A stretch of 32,000 nucleotides of DNA from Corynebacterium glutamicum ATCC 13032 (lineage in GTDB: Bacteria > Actinomycetota > Actinomycetes > Mycobacteriales > Mycobacteriaceae). The notes beneath the pieces were generated by a model. It was given only the letters and a program-made list of their open reading frames with translations. It ran no database searches and was not told the origin of the DNA. Shown piece after piece: positions 7,845 to 16,737 of this stretch (position 1 is its first letter; every line of letters begins with the position of its first letter). The stretch covers positions 2,970,001-3,002,000 of the forward strand of contig NC_003450.3 of assembly GCF_000011325.1 (NCBI RefSeq), in the 5' to 3' direction. The translations under genes and the position numbers were made by a program.

Positions 7845-8645
7845 TTAAAGAACAGGCAATGCCTCCCGAATTTTGGCCAAACCGCTGACATCAATATCCG
7901 CGATCAACATTTCTGGCTCATAACCCGCGCTAGCAATTACTTCACCGTGTGGGTTTGTCACCATGGAATGACCAATCCCCGTAGGGCCTTTTCGTTCATC
8001 GCGTAATTCTTCTGGAAGTCGCGCTTGCCCACACGCTACGATCCAGCAGGTGGAATCCAGTGCACGCGCGCGAGGGAGGACTTCCCATTGTTCTAATTTT
8101 CCAGGACCGTCTTGCCACGACGTGGGAACCACAATTATCTGTGCACCGTTGCGGGCGAGGTCTTTGAACTGTTCTGGGAATCGAATATCGTAGCATGTCG
8201 CCACACCAAATTTAATATCGTCGACCTCGAATACAACCAGCTCATCGCCCGGTTTCACAGTGTCGGATTCCCTATAACCGAACGCGTCATATGTGTGAAT
8301 TTTGTTGTATCCCTGATGCAATCCAGCGCCACTAATCAGCACGGTGTTGTTGACGCGCGAGATCGTTTTTTCACCGCGCTGCACGGTGTCAGCAGGGGTG
8401 AACATGCCCGCAACGATGACAACGTCCAGCTCATCGGCTAATTTTCGTACCGCGGTGGAGAATTCGCCATCGAGCTCCTCCGCCTGAGTATCAAGCCTTC
8501 CCGTACCAAAGCTTTGCGAAGTCGCCTCCGGAAACACCAACACCCGAGCCCCCTGTTCCGCAGCTTTTTCAGCAGCATCACGCAGCAGGGCGAAGTTGTC
8601 CATCTTATCGGAATTCGTCGAGATCTGAAGCAAGGCAATACGCAT
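7845..8645 (-). CDS. Carbon-nitrogen hydrolase family protein (nitrilase/amidase superfamily)
   Basis: 266-aa ORF with the Glu-Lys-Cys catalytic triad context: VLVFPEATS, GYNKIHTYD and FGVATCYDIRFPE. Confidence 0.8.
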   Translation of the reverse strand: MRIALLQISTNSDKMDNFALLRDAAEKAAEQGARVLVFPEATSQSFGTGRLDTQAEELDGEFSTAVRKLADELDVVIVAGMFTPADTVQRGEKTISRVNNTVLISGAGLHQGYNKIHTYDAFGYRESDTVKPGDELVVFEVDDIKFGVATCYDIRFPEQFKDLARNGAQIIVVPTSWQDGPGKLEQWEVLPRARALDSTCWIVACGQARLPEELRDERKGPTGIGHSMVTNPHGEVIASAGYEPEMLIADIDVSGLAKIREALPVL

Positions 8646-8737
8646 AATCCACAGCCTAGGCGCTTTGAGGCAAGTTATACACAGGTTCGCGTGATCACTT
8701 CTTGCCCAGCATCGTAAAAACCACTTGAATCAGCAGC

Positions 8738-8983
8738 ATGTACCTACAAACCGACCTCCCCAATCACCTCATCCACCGCGACATCACCTATCCCAGCCCC
8801 ACACTTAACTGCACGCCCAGCCACACGGCCACCGCGCTGAGCAGCGCGAATCAACACTGGCGTCTATTGCTTTTCGACGCCAACCTCCATCTCAACAATC
8901 ATCTTTCCGATATGCGCACTGTCAGCGAGCAGATGCTCAACATAGACGTCGATCTTGGCCACACACTGAATAAGTTGCACTGA
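8738..8983 (+). CDS. Small hypothetical protein, possibly translationally coupled to the downstream hydrolase
   Basis: 81-aa ORF whose TGA stop overlaps the next ATG (TGATG at 8981-8985). No recognisable motif; support comes only from the coupling geometry. Confidence 0.3.
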   Translation: MYLQTDLPNHLIHRDITYPSPTLNCTPSHTATALSSANQHWRLLLFDANLHLNNHLSDMRTVSEQMLNIDVDLGHTLNKLH

Positions 8984-10119
8984 TGCTCGCCCTCAAAAGT
9001 TCAGAATTAGAAGGCATAGCCACATCACTCACCGCCGTGGCGGGTGCGCTCCACGAATCAAACACTGACCGGTTGCAGTCCTGGCAGCAGCTCGAAACGA
9101 TGACCTCTGCCAGCTCCCTTATCCAGGGCTTTATCAAGCTTGTCGATTACAACCGACCCACAGTGAATATCGTGGAACAAATGCACAAAACCGCATCCAC
9201 GCTTTTCAACACCGCTGATTTCCTACGCACTTTGGAAGGCTATGTTGATGTACTGGAAAAACAAGCCGATAAATCTATAACGCTCACCGTCATGCTTCGA
9301 TATATTGCCAGCTTGAGTAGCCTTTTAGACCTCATGTGTGCACGCGAGATCAACGCGTTGTGCACAGCGATTACTCCAGAACCATTGAAGCATCTGGGCG
9401 ATTTTGGCACTCTACCCGCCTCAGCAATCCACGAGTTTCATTTGGTGAATGCCCCACCAGAAATCCGTGCCTTAGCCGAAGCCCATCCCGATATGCAGAT
9501 CCTAGAAGCCGGCGATGGTTCATTGGTAGCATCGTTTGGGGATATTGATAGGGCTACGACCGTGACCACCATCGTGGCAGGTGTGGGTTCCTCCAACCCA
9601 GAAGGGTGGAATACATATGTTGACCGTGCCCGCACAGTATCTGCTTCCACCGGTTCCGCAACGGTGTTGTGGCTGGGATATCAAGCACCCGCTTCGATTC
9701 CTGCTGCGGTATCCGGCGCGGCAGCGAATCGCGCTGCCGCGGATCTCCAGAGGTTTCAAGCGGCACTACAGTCCCGCAATCCCCACCAAAGAAAAGTAGT
9801 GATGGGCTACAGCTACGGTTCCACAGTGGTGGGAAAAGCTGCGTCTTCCGGCGAGCTCAGTGCCGATGCGTTGGTATTGGTTGGCAGTCCCGGCGCGGGT
9901 GTCTCGCACTCTTCCCAGCTTGGCGCACCTGTGTATGCGGTAACAGGGTCTGCTGATCCCATCGGTTTTGCCGGCACCCAATATGACGGCATCCACGGCA
10001 CTGATCCCACCGCTGCCCTATTCGGTGCAACAGTGTGGGATTCGCCCTCAACGCATTCCGGTTATTGGAATGACCAGGAGTTCCTGGGCAATGTGGCGGA
10101 GGTGGTTCGCGGCAAATAG
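8983..10119 (+). CDS. Alpha/beta hydrolase (DUF1023-like) with helical N-terminal domain
   Basis: 378-aa ORF. The C-terminal half has a nucleophile-elbow GxSxG motif (VVMGYSYGSTVVG), and later VLVGSPGAG and a His near the C-terminus (STHSGYW). The N-terminal ~190 aa look helical with no motif I recognise. Confidence 0.6.
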   Translation: MLALKSSELEGIATSLTAVAGALHESNTDRLQSWQQLETMTSASSLIQGFIKLVDYNRPTVNIVEQMHKTASTLFNTADFLRTLEGYVDVLEKQADKSITLTVMLRYIASLSSLLDLMCAREINALCTAITPEPLKHLGDFGTLPASAIHEFHLVNAPPEIRALAEAHPDMQILEAGDGSLVASFGDIDRATTVTTIVAGVGSSNPEGWNTYVDRARTVSASTGSATVLWLGYQAPASIPAAVSGAAANRAAADLQRFQAALQSRNPHQRKVVMGYSYGSTVVGKAASSGELSADALVLVGSPGAGVSHSSQLGAPVYAVTGSADPIGFAGTQYDGIHGTDPTAALFGATVWDSPSTHSGYWNDQEFLGNVAEVVRGK

Positions 10120-10120
10120 A

Positions 10121-10161
10121 AAAGCCGCCGCACACTGGAGGATGTGTGAGGCAGCTTTTCT
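10121..10161. terminator. Bidirectional stem-loop terminator between convergent genes
   Basis: aaaGCCGCACACtggaggatGTGTGAGGCagcttttct: a 9-bp stem with one mismatch, flanked by an A-tract upstream and a T-tract downstream. It lies between the hydrolase stop (10119) and the ald stop (10179). Confidence 0.55.
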
Positions 10162-10178
10162 AGGACTTAACGCTTAGA

Positions 10179-11699
10179 TCAGAACAGTCCGGTTGGGTTT
10201 GGATCGTAGGAGACCAACAGGTTCTTGGTCTGCTGGTAGTGGTTCAGCATCATGAGGTGGTTCTCACGGCCGATGCCGGACTCCTTGTATCCACCGAAAG
10301 CGGAGTGCGCTGGGTAGTTGTGGTACTGGTTGACCCAAACTCGACCAGCCTGGATTGCGCGACCTGCACGATAAATGGTGTTTTGGTCACGGCTCCAGAC
10401 ACCAGCGCCGAGGCCGTAGTTGGTGTCGTTTGCAATACGGATGGCCTCATCGAAGTCGCTGAAGGTAGCAACAGAAAGGACTGGTCCGAAGATTTCCTCG
10501 CGGAAGATCCTCATGTCGTTGGTGCCGCGGAAAACGGTTGGCTCAATGTAGTAACCGTTCTCCATGCCATCAACCTTGTTGACCTTGCCACCAGTGAGGG
10601 TTTGAGCGCCTTCTTCTGGGCCGATCTTCAGGTAGGAGGAGATCTTGTCCATCTGCTCCTGGGACGCCTGAGCACCCATCATGGTTTCAGTATCAAGTGG
10701 GTTACCCAGCTTGATGTTCTGAACTCGCTTCACGCCAAGCTCGAGGAATTCATCAGCGATGGACTCATGAACAAGTGCACGGGAAGGACAGGTACAAACT
10801 TCACCCTGATTGAGGGCGAACATCGCGAAGCCTTCAACTGCCTTCTCTGCGAAGGCGTCATCCTGTGACAGAACATCGGAGAAGAAGATGGATGGGGACT
10901 TACCGCCGAGCTCCAGGGTGACAGGAATGATCTTGTCGGATGCAGCGCGGTTGATCAGCTTGCCGACCTCGGTGGAACCGGTGAAAGCAATCTTGCCAAT
11001 CCGATTAGAGCCGGACAGTGCAGCGCCTGCTTCACCGCCGAGTCCGTTGACGATGTTGAGGACGCCCTCTGGGATGAGATCGCCGATGATGTTAATCAGA
11101 TACAAAATGGATGCTGGGGTCTGCTCAGCTGGCTTCATGACGATCGCGTTACCTGCAGCAAGTGCCGGTGCGAGCTTCCAGGTAGCCATGAGGATTGGGA
11201 AGTTCCAAGGAATGATCTGACCAACAACACCGATTGGCTCGTTGAAGTGGTAAGCAACAGTGTTGTGGTCGATCTGTGAGGAACGATCTTCCTGAGCACG
11301 GATCGCGCCAGCAAAGTAGCGGAAGTGGTCGATTGCCAGTGGGATATCTGCAGCAAGAGTCTCACGGACTGCCTTGCCGTTCTCCCAGGTTTCTGCAACT
11401 GCGATTTCTTCCAGGTGCTCTTCCATGCGGTCCGCAATGCGGTGCAGGATCAGAGCACGTTCAGCGACAGAAGTCTTGCCCCACGCATCAGCGGCTGCAT
11501 GTGCAGCATCCAGTGCAAGCTCCACGTCCGCTGCGGTGCCACGTGCGACCTCACAGAAAACTTCACCAGTGACAGGTGAAATGTTCTCAAGGTACTGGCC
11601 CTCTACCGGTGGAACCCACTTGCCACCAATGTAGTTCTCGTAGCGCTTTTCATAGTTAACGATCGAGCCTTCGGTTCCTGGATTTGCGTAGACAGTCAT
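10179..11699 (-). CDS. ald: NAD-dependent aldehyde dehydrogenase
   Basis: ALDH motifs TLELGGKSP and [14 protein letters not shown] (catalytic Cys). I place the start at the ATG at 11699 ([11 protein letters not shown]...), which is preceded by AAAGGAG. The ORF-track N-terminal extension to 11819 has no RBS and looks non-coding. Confidence 0.9.
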   Translation of the reverse strand: MTVYANPGTEGSIVNYEKRYENYIGGKWVPPVEGQYLENISPVTGEVFCEVARGTAADVELALDAAHAAADAWGKTSVAERALILHRIADRMEEHLEEIAVAETWENGKAVRETLAADIPLAIDHFRYFAGAIRAQEDRSSQIDHNTVAYHFNEPIGVVGQIIPWNFPILMATWKLAPALAAGNAIVMKPAEQTPASILYLINIIGDLIPEGVLNIVNGLGGEAGAALSGSNRIGKIAFTGSTEVGKLINRAASDKIIPVTLELGGKSPSIFFSDVLSQDDAFAEKAVEGFAMFALNQGEVCTCPSRALVHESIADEFLELGVKRVQNIKLGNPLDTETMMGAQASQEQMDKISSYLKIGPEEGAQTLTGGKVNKVDGMENGYYIEPTVFRGTNDMRIFREEIFGPVLSVATFSDFDEAIRIANDTNYGLGAGVWSRDQNTIYRAGRAIQAGRVWVNQYHNYPAHSAFGGYKESGIGRENHLMMLNHYQQTKNLLVSYDPNPTGLF

Positions 11700-11950
11700 T
11701 GGGTCTCCTTTGGGCCACCTCCACCTGAGCACTACCTGTGCGTCAGGTGACACTTGGTCAACGATTGTGACAACGCGCACATTCGCACGCTTAGCAGCCA
11801 CCATATTCACGAAAATCAATCCGCGCTAGAACCCCCGTTAAATTCACCCCCTTTTCTCAAAATTCTCGCAGCTCAACGCCGAAAGCCTTTCAAAAGTTAT
11901 TACCCCTGTTCGGGTGGTTATACATGTATCTAATTGGCGAAAGCACGAAA

Positions 11951-11983
11951 CGGGCACCTCCAAAAGATAAATGGAGGTGCCCG
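11951..11983 (-). terminator. Stem-loop terminator downstream of hspR (end of the dnaK operon)
   Basis: CGGGCACCTCC-aaaagataaat-GGAGGTGCCCG: a perfect 11-bp stem about 40 nt after the hspR stop. On the minus strand it is followed by tttcgtgcttt. Confidence 0.6.
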
Positions 11984-12020
11984 CTTAATTTGCTAGAAAG
12001 TGGCGTCGACAAGCATGTTT

Positions 12021-12461
12021 TTACTTGGAACGCCCCTTGCGGCGTTCCCACATGACCACCGCGGTGGAGCGGGGCACGTGCACCAGCTCGCCACGCGGAC
12101 GCCCGCTGCGTAATTGATCTTTGAGCTGCTCATTCTCAGCTGTGACCTTACGCAGGGATTCTTTGAGGTTTCGGTTTTCTTCGCCGAGCTCGATGATCGC
12201 CTTGATTCCGGCGAGGTTTACGCCTTCCTCCTGGCTGAGGTGCTGAATTTCTCGGAGTAATTCCACGTCAGCGCGGGAGTAACGGCGACCGCCTCCGCGA
12301 GTGCGTATCGGGGTGACCAAACCCATGCGATCGTAGGTTCGCAAAGTTTGGGCATGCATGCCGGCAAGCTCGGCTGCGACAGAGATAACGAAGACTTCCC
12401 CTTGAAAATCGACACGGTCAAACTGACCTTCATCGTTGGATTTTTTCGGTGTGGATGCCAT
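12021..12461 (-). CDS. hspR: Heat-shock transcriptional repressor HspR (MerR family)
   Basis: 146-aa ORF with a MerR-type HTH (ISVAAELAGMHAQTLRTYDRMGLVTPIRTRGGGRRYSRADVELL). It is the last gene of the dnaK-grpE-dnaJ-hspR arrangement typical of actinobacteria. Confidence 0.9.
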   Translation of the reverse strand: MASTPKKSNDEGQFDRVDFQGEVFVISVAAELAGMHAQTLRTYDRMGLVTPIRTRGGGRRYSRADVELLREIQHLSQEEGVNLAGIKAIIELGEENRNLKESLRKVTAENEQLKDQLRSGRPRGELVHVPRSTAVVMWERRKGRSK

Positions 12462-12492
12462 GTTTCGTCACCTCCTTTCTCAAAGAGAACGT

Positions 12493-13680
12493 CTAGCGGT
12501 TCTGGCCCGCCCAGTTAGCGCGGGGATCAAAACCTGAATTAGTTTCTGCTTCAGCATATGCGCGGAGAGCTTCCGCAGCGTTGTCATCCAGATTCTTCGG
12601 GACAGAAACCTGGACTGTAACCAGCAGATCACCAGTGGAATCACGTGCTTCGATACCGCGACCGCGTACACGCAAAGTACGACCATCTGGCGTTCCCGCA
12701 GGTAGCTTGAGTTTTACAGGCTTGTTGAGCGTTGGCACAGAAATAGCGCCACCCAAAGCCAGCTCGCTGAAGCTCACGGGAATGGTGATCAAAATGTTGC
12801 TGCCGTCGCGTGTGAACACATCGTCCTTTTTCACGTGGACTTTCACAAAGAGATCGCCCGCTGGTTTGCCATTTGGTCCTGCTTCGCCTTGGCCTGCAAG
12901 ACGAACTTTCTGTCCATCTTCCACACCAGTTGGGATACGCACGGTGATGGAACGAGACTTCCGGACGGTGCCTCGGCCGTGGCAGTTATCGCAAGGATCA
13001 GTGATTATTTCACCAGTGCCACCACAGGTTGCACATGGAGCGGAGAATCCGAAAGCACCCTTGTTCTCAGAGGTGAATCCGGTTCCATCACAGGTTCCAC
13101 ATTTTGCGGGGTGGCCTGATTTGGAGCCCGATCCGTGGCAGGTGTTGCAGGGCGCATCGCCGGTGAGTTCCACTGGGATGGTCGTGCCTTTCGCTGCCTC
13201 AACAAACGAGAGAGTTATTTCGGTTTGTACATCCGCCCCCCGCGTCGGCCTAGCTGACTGGTGAGAACCAGCGCCGCGGTTGAAAAGGCCACCGAAGATA
13301 TCGCCCAAACCGCCGTCCGTAGAAAACCCTCCACCTTGTCCTCCTCCGAAGAGGTCTGAGGTGTCGAATCCTCCCGTCGACGTGCGAAACCCGCCGGGGA
13401 ATCCCGCACCTCCGCTTCCGAATCCTCCGCGGATTCCACCAGAAGCTAGAAGTGCTTTGAGCTCGTCGTATTCTTTTCGTTTCTTGTCATCACCAAGTAC
13501 GTCATATGCCTCGGCCGCTTTTTTGAATCGATCTTCAGCGGCCTTGTCACCTGGATTTTTATCTGGGTGATTTTCCCTGGCGAGCTTGCGGTAAGCCTTT
13601 TTGATCTCATCTTCTGAAGCGGACGAGGAGACCCCCAGGTCTGCGTAATAGTTCTTATTTGCCCATTCGCTGTTGTTCAC
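12493..13680 (-). CDS. dnaJ: Chaperone DnaJ (Hsp40)
   Basis: J-domain with HPDKN, a Gly/Phe-rich linker, and four CxxCxGxG zinc-finger repeats ([32 protein letters not shown]). Confidence 0.95.
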   Translation of the reverse strand: MNNSEWANKNYYADLGVSSSASEDEIKKAYRKLARENHPDKNPGDKAAEDRFKKAAEAYDVLGDDKKRKEYDELKALLASGGIRGGFGSGGAGFPGGFRTSTGGFDTSDLFGGGQGGGFSTDGGLGDIFGGLFNRGAGSHQSARPTRGADVQTEITLSFVEAAKGTTIPVELTGDAPCNTCHGSGSKSGHPAKCGTCDGTGFTSENKGAFGFSAPCATCGGTGEIITDPCDNCHGRGTVRKSRSITVRIPTGVEDGQKVRLAGQGEAGPNGKPAGDLFVKVHVKKDDVFTRDGSNILITIPVSFSELALGGAISVPTLNKPVKLKLPAGTPDGRTLRVRGRGIEARDSTGDLLVTVQVSVPKNLDDNAAEALRAYAEAETNSGFDPRANWAGQNR

Positions 13681-13768
13681 TGGGCATCCCCTCCTTCCAT
13701 GAGTCTTATATGCGGTGAATTGTATGCAATTTCTTAAGTTATCTTGTGTTGCAAGTTTTGTTGTCCGG

Positions 13769-13820
13769 ACACCGGCGGATACCTTTGAGTATTTATTACT
13801 TCAAGGATATCCGCCGGTGT
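13769..13820 (-). other. Long imperfect hairpin with HAIR-like core in the grpE-dnaJ spacer
   Basis: acaccggcggatacctttgagt-atttatt-acttcaaggatatccgccggtgt: arms of about 22 nt with one bulge. The minus-strand core reads CTTGAAGT-N7-ACTCAAAG, which resembles the HspR operator CTTGAGT-N7-ACTCAAG with one extra A per half-site. Confidence 0.6.
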
Positions 13821-13884
13821 TGTTCAAGGAGTTCCATCTGTGGACCGTGGACAACGGCGGAAACCACTAAGAGACTTAGTCTCT

Positions 13885-14541
13885 CTAGCTCTCCTCTGGA
13901 TCCCCAATGAGGACCATTGCGGTGCGGATGACGCGGTCGCCGAGGCGGTATCCCTTGCGGAGTACCGTTCCCAGAACCTTGACATCACCCTGTGAGAGAT
14001 CCTGTACTGCTTCGTGGATCTCTGGATCGAATGCTTCGCCGATCTCGCCGAAGGATTCCACCTTCAATCCACCCAGGATGTTGATCAGCTTGTCAGACAG
14101 TGACTTCAGCGGACCTTCGTTAAGGTCACCGTGCTGTTCAGCCAGGTCAAGATCGTCGAGCAACGGCAGAAGTTGGGTAACAACACCTGCGCGTGCGGTG
14201 TCGATGATGCCCTGGCGTTCACGCTCGGTACGTCGACGGTAGTTGGCGTACTCAGCGGTGACTCGCTGCAGATCCTCAGTGCGTTCGGCAAGCTGTGTTT
14301 CTACAGCGGACACTTCACCATCGCCATCCAAATCTGGATCAACATCTGATAGAAGATCATTGATCTCTGCTTCGAGCTCTGGAGAAATTTCTTCCTCTGA
14401 GGCCTGTCCAAATGGAGATTCCTCCGCTTGGCGGGCAGCTGCTTCTTCAGCTGCCTGCTCAGCACGATCAGCAGAGGTTGCCTCTGGATCGGTATTTTCA
14501 GGATCCCCAGGATTGTCGGGCATTCCGTTAGGGGTAGTCAT
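13885..14541 (-). CDS. grpE: Nucleotide exchange factor GrpE
   Basis: 218-aa ORF immediately downstream of dnaK (adjacent coordinates). It has an acidic N-terminus and the GrpE-family core ([16 protein letters not shown] ... [18 protein letters not shown]). Confidence 0.95.
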   Translation of the reverse strand: MTTPNGMPDNPGDPENTDPEATSADRAEQAAEEAAARQAEESPFGQASEEEISPELEAEINDLLSDVDPDLDGDGEVSAVETQLAERTEDLQRVTAEYANYRRRTERERQGIIDTARAGVVTQLLPLLDDLDLAEQHGDLNEGPLKSLSDKLINILGGLKVESFGEIGEAFDPEIHEAVQDLSQGDVKVLGTVLRKGYRLGDRVIRTAMVLIGDPEES

Positions 14542-16398
14542 TTACTTCTTGTCCTCACCATTGTCAGCTGCGTCGTCTTCGACAACTTCAGCGTCAACAA
14601 CATTGTCATCTGCAGCGCCTTCTGCACCTGCGTCAGCCTGGGTTGCACCAGCAGCAGCGTCAGCCTCGTAGATAGCCTTACCCATTTCCTGGGACTCGGT
14701 GTTCAGCTTCTCAACTGCAGCCTTGATTGCCTCGAGGTCCTCGCCCTTGAGTGCTTCTTCAACGCCCTTGGCTGCCTCTTCGACCTTTGCCTTGAGGTCT
14801 TCGGAGACCTTCTCGGAGTTCTCTTCAACGAACTTGCGGGTCTGGTAAACCAGGGACTCAGCGTTGTTGCGGACTTCCTGCTCCTCGCGGCGCTTCTTGT
14901 CCTCATCAGCGTGAGCTTCAGCATCCTTGATCATGCGATCAATTTCATCCTGGGAGAGACCGGAGCCGTCCTGAATGGTGATGGTGTTTTCCTTGCCAGT
15001 ACCCTTGTCCTTTGCGGTGACGTGGACGATGCCGTTGGCGTCGATGTCGAAAGTGACCTCGATCTGTGGGACGCCACGTGGTGCAGGTGCGATGCCGCCG
15101 AGCTCGAAGGATCCGAGCAGCTTGTTGGCGGTTGCGATTTCACGCTCGCCCTGGAAGACCTGGATCTGAACAGAAGGCTGGTTGTCCTCTGCGGTGGTGA
15201 AGGTCTCGGAACGCTTGGTAGGGATGGTGGTGTTGCGCTCGATGAGCTTGGTCATCACGCCACCCTTGGTCTCAATGCCGAGGGACAGTGGGGTGACGTC
15301 AAGAAGAAGAACATCCTTGACCTCGCCGCGGAGAACACCGGCCTGAAGTGCTGCACCAACTGCAACAACCTCATCTGGGTTAACACCCTTGTTTGGCTCA
15401 CGTCCACCGGTCAGTTCCTTGACCAGTTCGGTAACAGCAGGCATACGGGTGGAACCACCGACGAGAACAACGTGGTCGATCTCCGAGACGGACACGCCAG
15501 CGTCCTTAACAACCTGGTTGAAAGGAGTCTTGGTGCGGGCCAGGAGGTCCTGGGTGATGCGCTGGAACTCGGCACGGGAAAGGGTCTCATCCAAGAACAG
15601 TGGGTTCTTGTCTGCATCAACGGTGATGTAAGGAAGGTTGATGTTTGCACTCTGGGAAGAGGACAGCTCGATCTTTGCCTTCTCAGCTGCCTCACGCAGA
15701 CGCTGCAGGGCCATCTTGTCCTTGGTCAGGTCAATGCCGTTGGAGGACTGGAACTTCTCTACCAGCCAGTCAACGATACGCTGATCCCAGTCGTCGCCAC
15801 CGAGCTCGTTATCGCCGGAGGTTGCGCGAACCTCAACAACACCGTCGCCGATCTCTAGGAGGGAGACGTCGAAGGTGCCGCCACCGAGGTCGAATACCAG
15901 AATGGTCTGCTCCTGCTCGCCCTTCTCAAGGCCGTATGCAAGTGCAGCCGCGGTTGGCTCGTTAACAATACGCAGAACGTTAAGGCCTGCGATCTGACCA
16001 GCTTCCTTGGTTGCCTGGCGCTGTGAGTCCTCGAAGTATGCAGGAACGGTAATAACAGCATCAGTGACGTCCTCGCCCAGGTATGCTTCAGCGTCGCGCT
16101 TCAGCTTCATCAGGGTACGAGCCGAGATTTCCTGTGAGGTGTAGTTCTTGTCATCGATAGCAACGGACCAGTCGGTGCCGATGTGGCGCTTGACGGAGCG
16201 AATGGTGCGGTCAACGTTGGTGACCGCCTGGTTCTTAGCGGACTGGCCGACTAGAACTTCACCGTTCTTTGCGAATGCAACGACGGAAGGGGTGGTGCGT
16301 GAGCCTTCTGCGTTTGCGATAACTACTGGCTCGCCGCCTTCAAGTACGGAAACCACAGAGTTGGTGGTTCCAAGGTCAATTCCTACTGCACGTCCCAT
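14542..16398 (-). CDS. dnaK: Chaperone DnaK (Hsp70)
   Basis: Hsp70 signatures [21 protein letters not shown] and [12 protein letters not shown] place the start at the ATG at 16398 ([10 protein letters not shown]), preceded by AGGAGG. The 48-codon ORF-track extension to 16542 covers the promoter/operator region. Confidence 0.97.
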   Translation of the reverse strand: MGRAVGIDLGTTNSVVSVLEGGEPVVIANAEGSRTTPSVVAFAKNGEVLVGQSAKNQAVTNVDRTIRSVKRHIGTDWSVAIDDKNYTSQEISARTLMKLKRDAEAYLGEDVTDAVITVPAYFEDSQRQATKEAGQIAGLNVLRIVNEPTAAALAYGLEKGEQEQTILVFDLGGGTFDVSLLEIGDGVVEVRATSGDNELGGDDWDQRIVDWLVEKFQSSNGIDLTKDKMALQRLREAAEKAKIELSSSQSANINLPYITVDADKNPLFLDETLSRAEFQRITQDLLARTKTPFNQVVKDAGVSVSEIDHVVLVGGSTRMPAVTELVKELTGGREPNKGVNPDEVVAVGAALQAGVLRGEVKDVLLLDVTPLSLGIETKGGVMTKLIERNTTIPTKRSETFTTAEDNQPSVQIQVFQGEREIATANKLLGSFELGGIAPAPRGVPQIEVTFDIDANGIVHVTAKDKGTGKENTITIQDGSGLSQDEIDRMIKDAEAHADEDKKRREEQEVRNNAESLVYQTRKFVEENSEKVSEDLKAKVEEAAKGVEEALKGEDLEAIKAAVEKLNTESQEMGKAIYEADAAAGATQADAGAEGAADDNVVDAEVVEDDAADNGEDKK

Positions 16399-16492
16399 AA
16401 TGGTGCCTCCTGTTTTAGGTGATTTTAGTACTGTCCACGGCTTGAGCTTTGACTTGCTTCCCACCGACTTTCGCCGGTAAGAAAAACTCCTC

Positions 16493-16513
16493 ATTGAGCC
16501 TGCCTGACTCAAG
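16493..16513 (-). promoter_or_regulatory. HspR-associated inverted repeat (HAIR) operator upstream of dnaK
   Basis: The minus strand reads CTTGAGT-caggcag-GCTCAAT, against the consensus CTTGAGT-N7-ACTCAAG. It lies 95-115 nt upstream of the dnaK ATG and just downstream of the candidate promoter. Confidence 0.65.
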
Positions 16514-16527
16514 CTTACATATATAGC

Positions 16528-16554
16528 AACGGTAAATGCCACAAAGTTGTTCCA
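16528..16554 (-). promoter_or_regulatory. Sigma-H-type (ECF) promoter candidate for the dnaK operon
   Basis: The minus strand reads tGGAAca-N-cGTTg, with 19 nt between GGAA (16553-16550) and GTT (16530-16528). This fits the GGAA-N18-20-GTT pattern of actinobacterial SigH promoters. A TATATAT stretch immediately downstream could be a housekeeping -10. Confidence 0.45.
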
Positions 16555-16737
16555 ACTAGACTCAACTTTCTTAATTTACGCAGGTCAAAGCGCTTCACTT
16601 GAGAAAAAATCCGGGTTTACCCCTAATTTTCAACCACCCAATCAGGGAAGATAAGAGCTGTTTTCAACAGGTCCCACTCAACTTTGACACCAAGTCTCAC
16701 GCAAAATTAACAGCCATAAACTTTAGAAGGACACCCT

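Noticed and set aside
9336-10177. Cluster of 65-95-aa ORFs in all frames within the DUF1023-like hydrolase gene
   Set aside because: They are nested in a 378-aa ORF with a clear GxSxG hydrolase motif, and are typical high-GC overlapping frames.
10239-11634. Multiple plus-strand ORFs (209, 136, 98, 86 and 84 aa) antisense to ald
   Set aside because: All are nested in the aldehyde dehydrogenase gene, which has unambiguous catalytic motifs. They are typical high-GC shadow frames.
11700-11819. N-terminal extensions suggested by the ORF track for ald (to 11819), dnaK (to 16542), the nucleosidase (to 18847), mksG (to 20046) and adhA (to 26791)
   Set aside because: In each case a downstream ATG has a good Shine-Dalgarno sequence and begins the conserved protein sequence. 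The extensions cover promoter/operator DNA or overlap the upstream gene.
12581-13264. 227-aa plus-strand ORF antisense to dnaJ
   Set aside because: The dnaJ frame carries the J-domain and four zinc-finger repeats. The antisense product is Pro/Ser-rich with no features.
14428-15858. 476-aa ORF on the plus strand, antisense to dnaK
   Set aside because: It lies entirely within the strongly supported dnaK gene. The translation is low-complexity (Leu/Val/Gly/Cys-rich) with no motifs. Long stop-free antisense frames are a known by-product of codon bias in high-GC hsp70 genes.
16441-16460. CTTGAGC...TTGCTTC near the dnaK start, considered as a second HAIR operator
   Set aside because: Only one half-site resembles CTTGAGT/ACTCAAG, and no matching inverted partner lies at N7 spacing.
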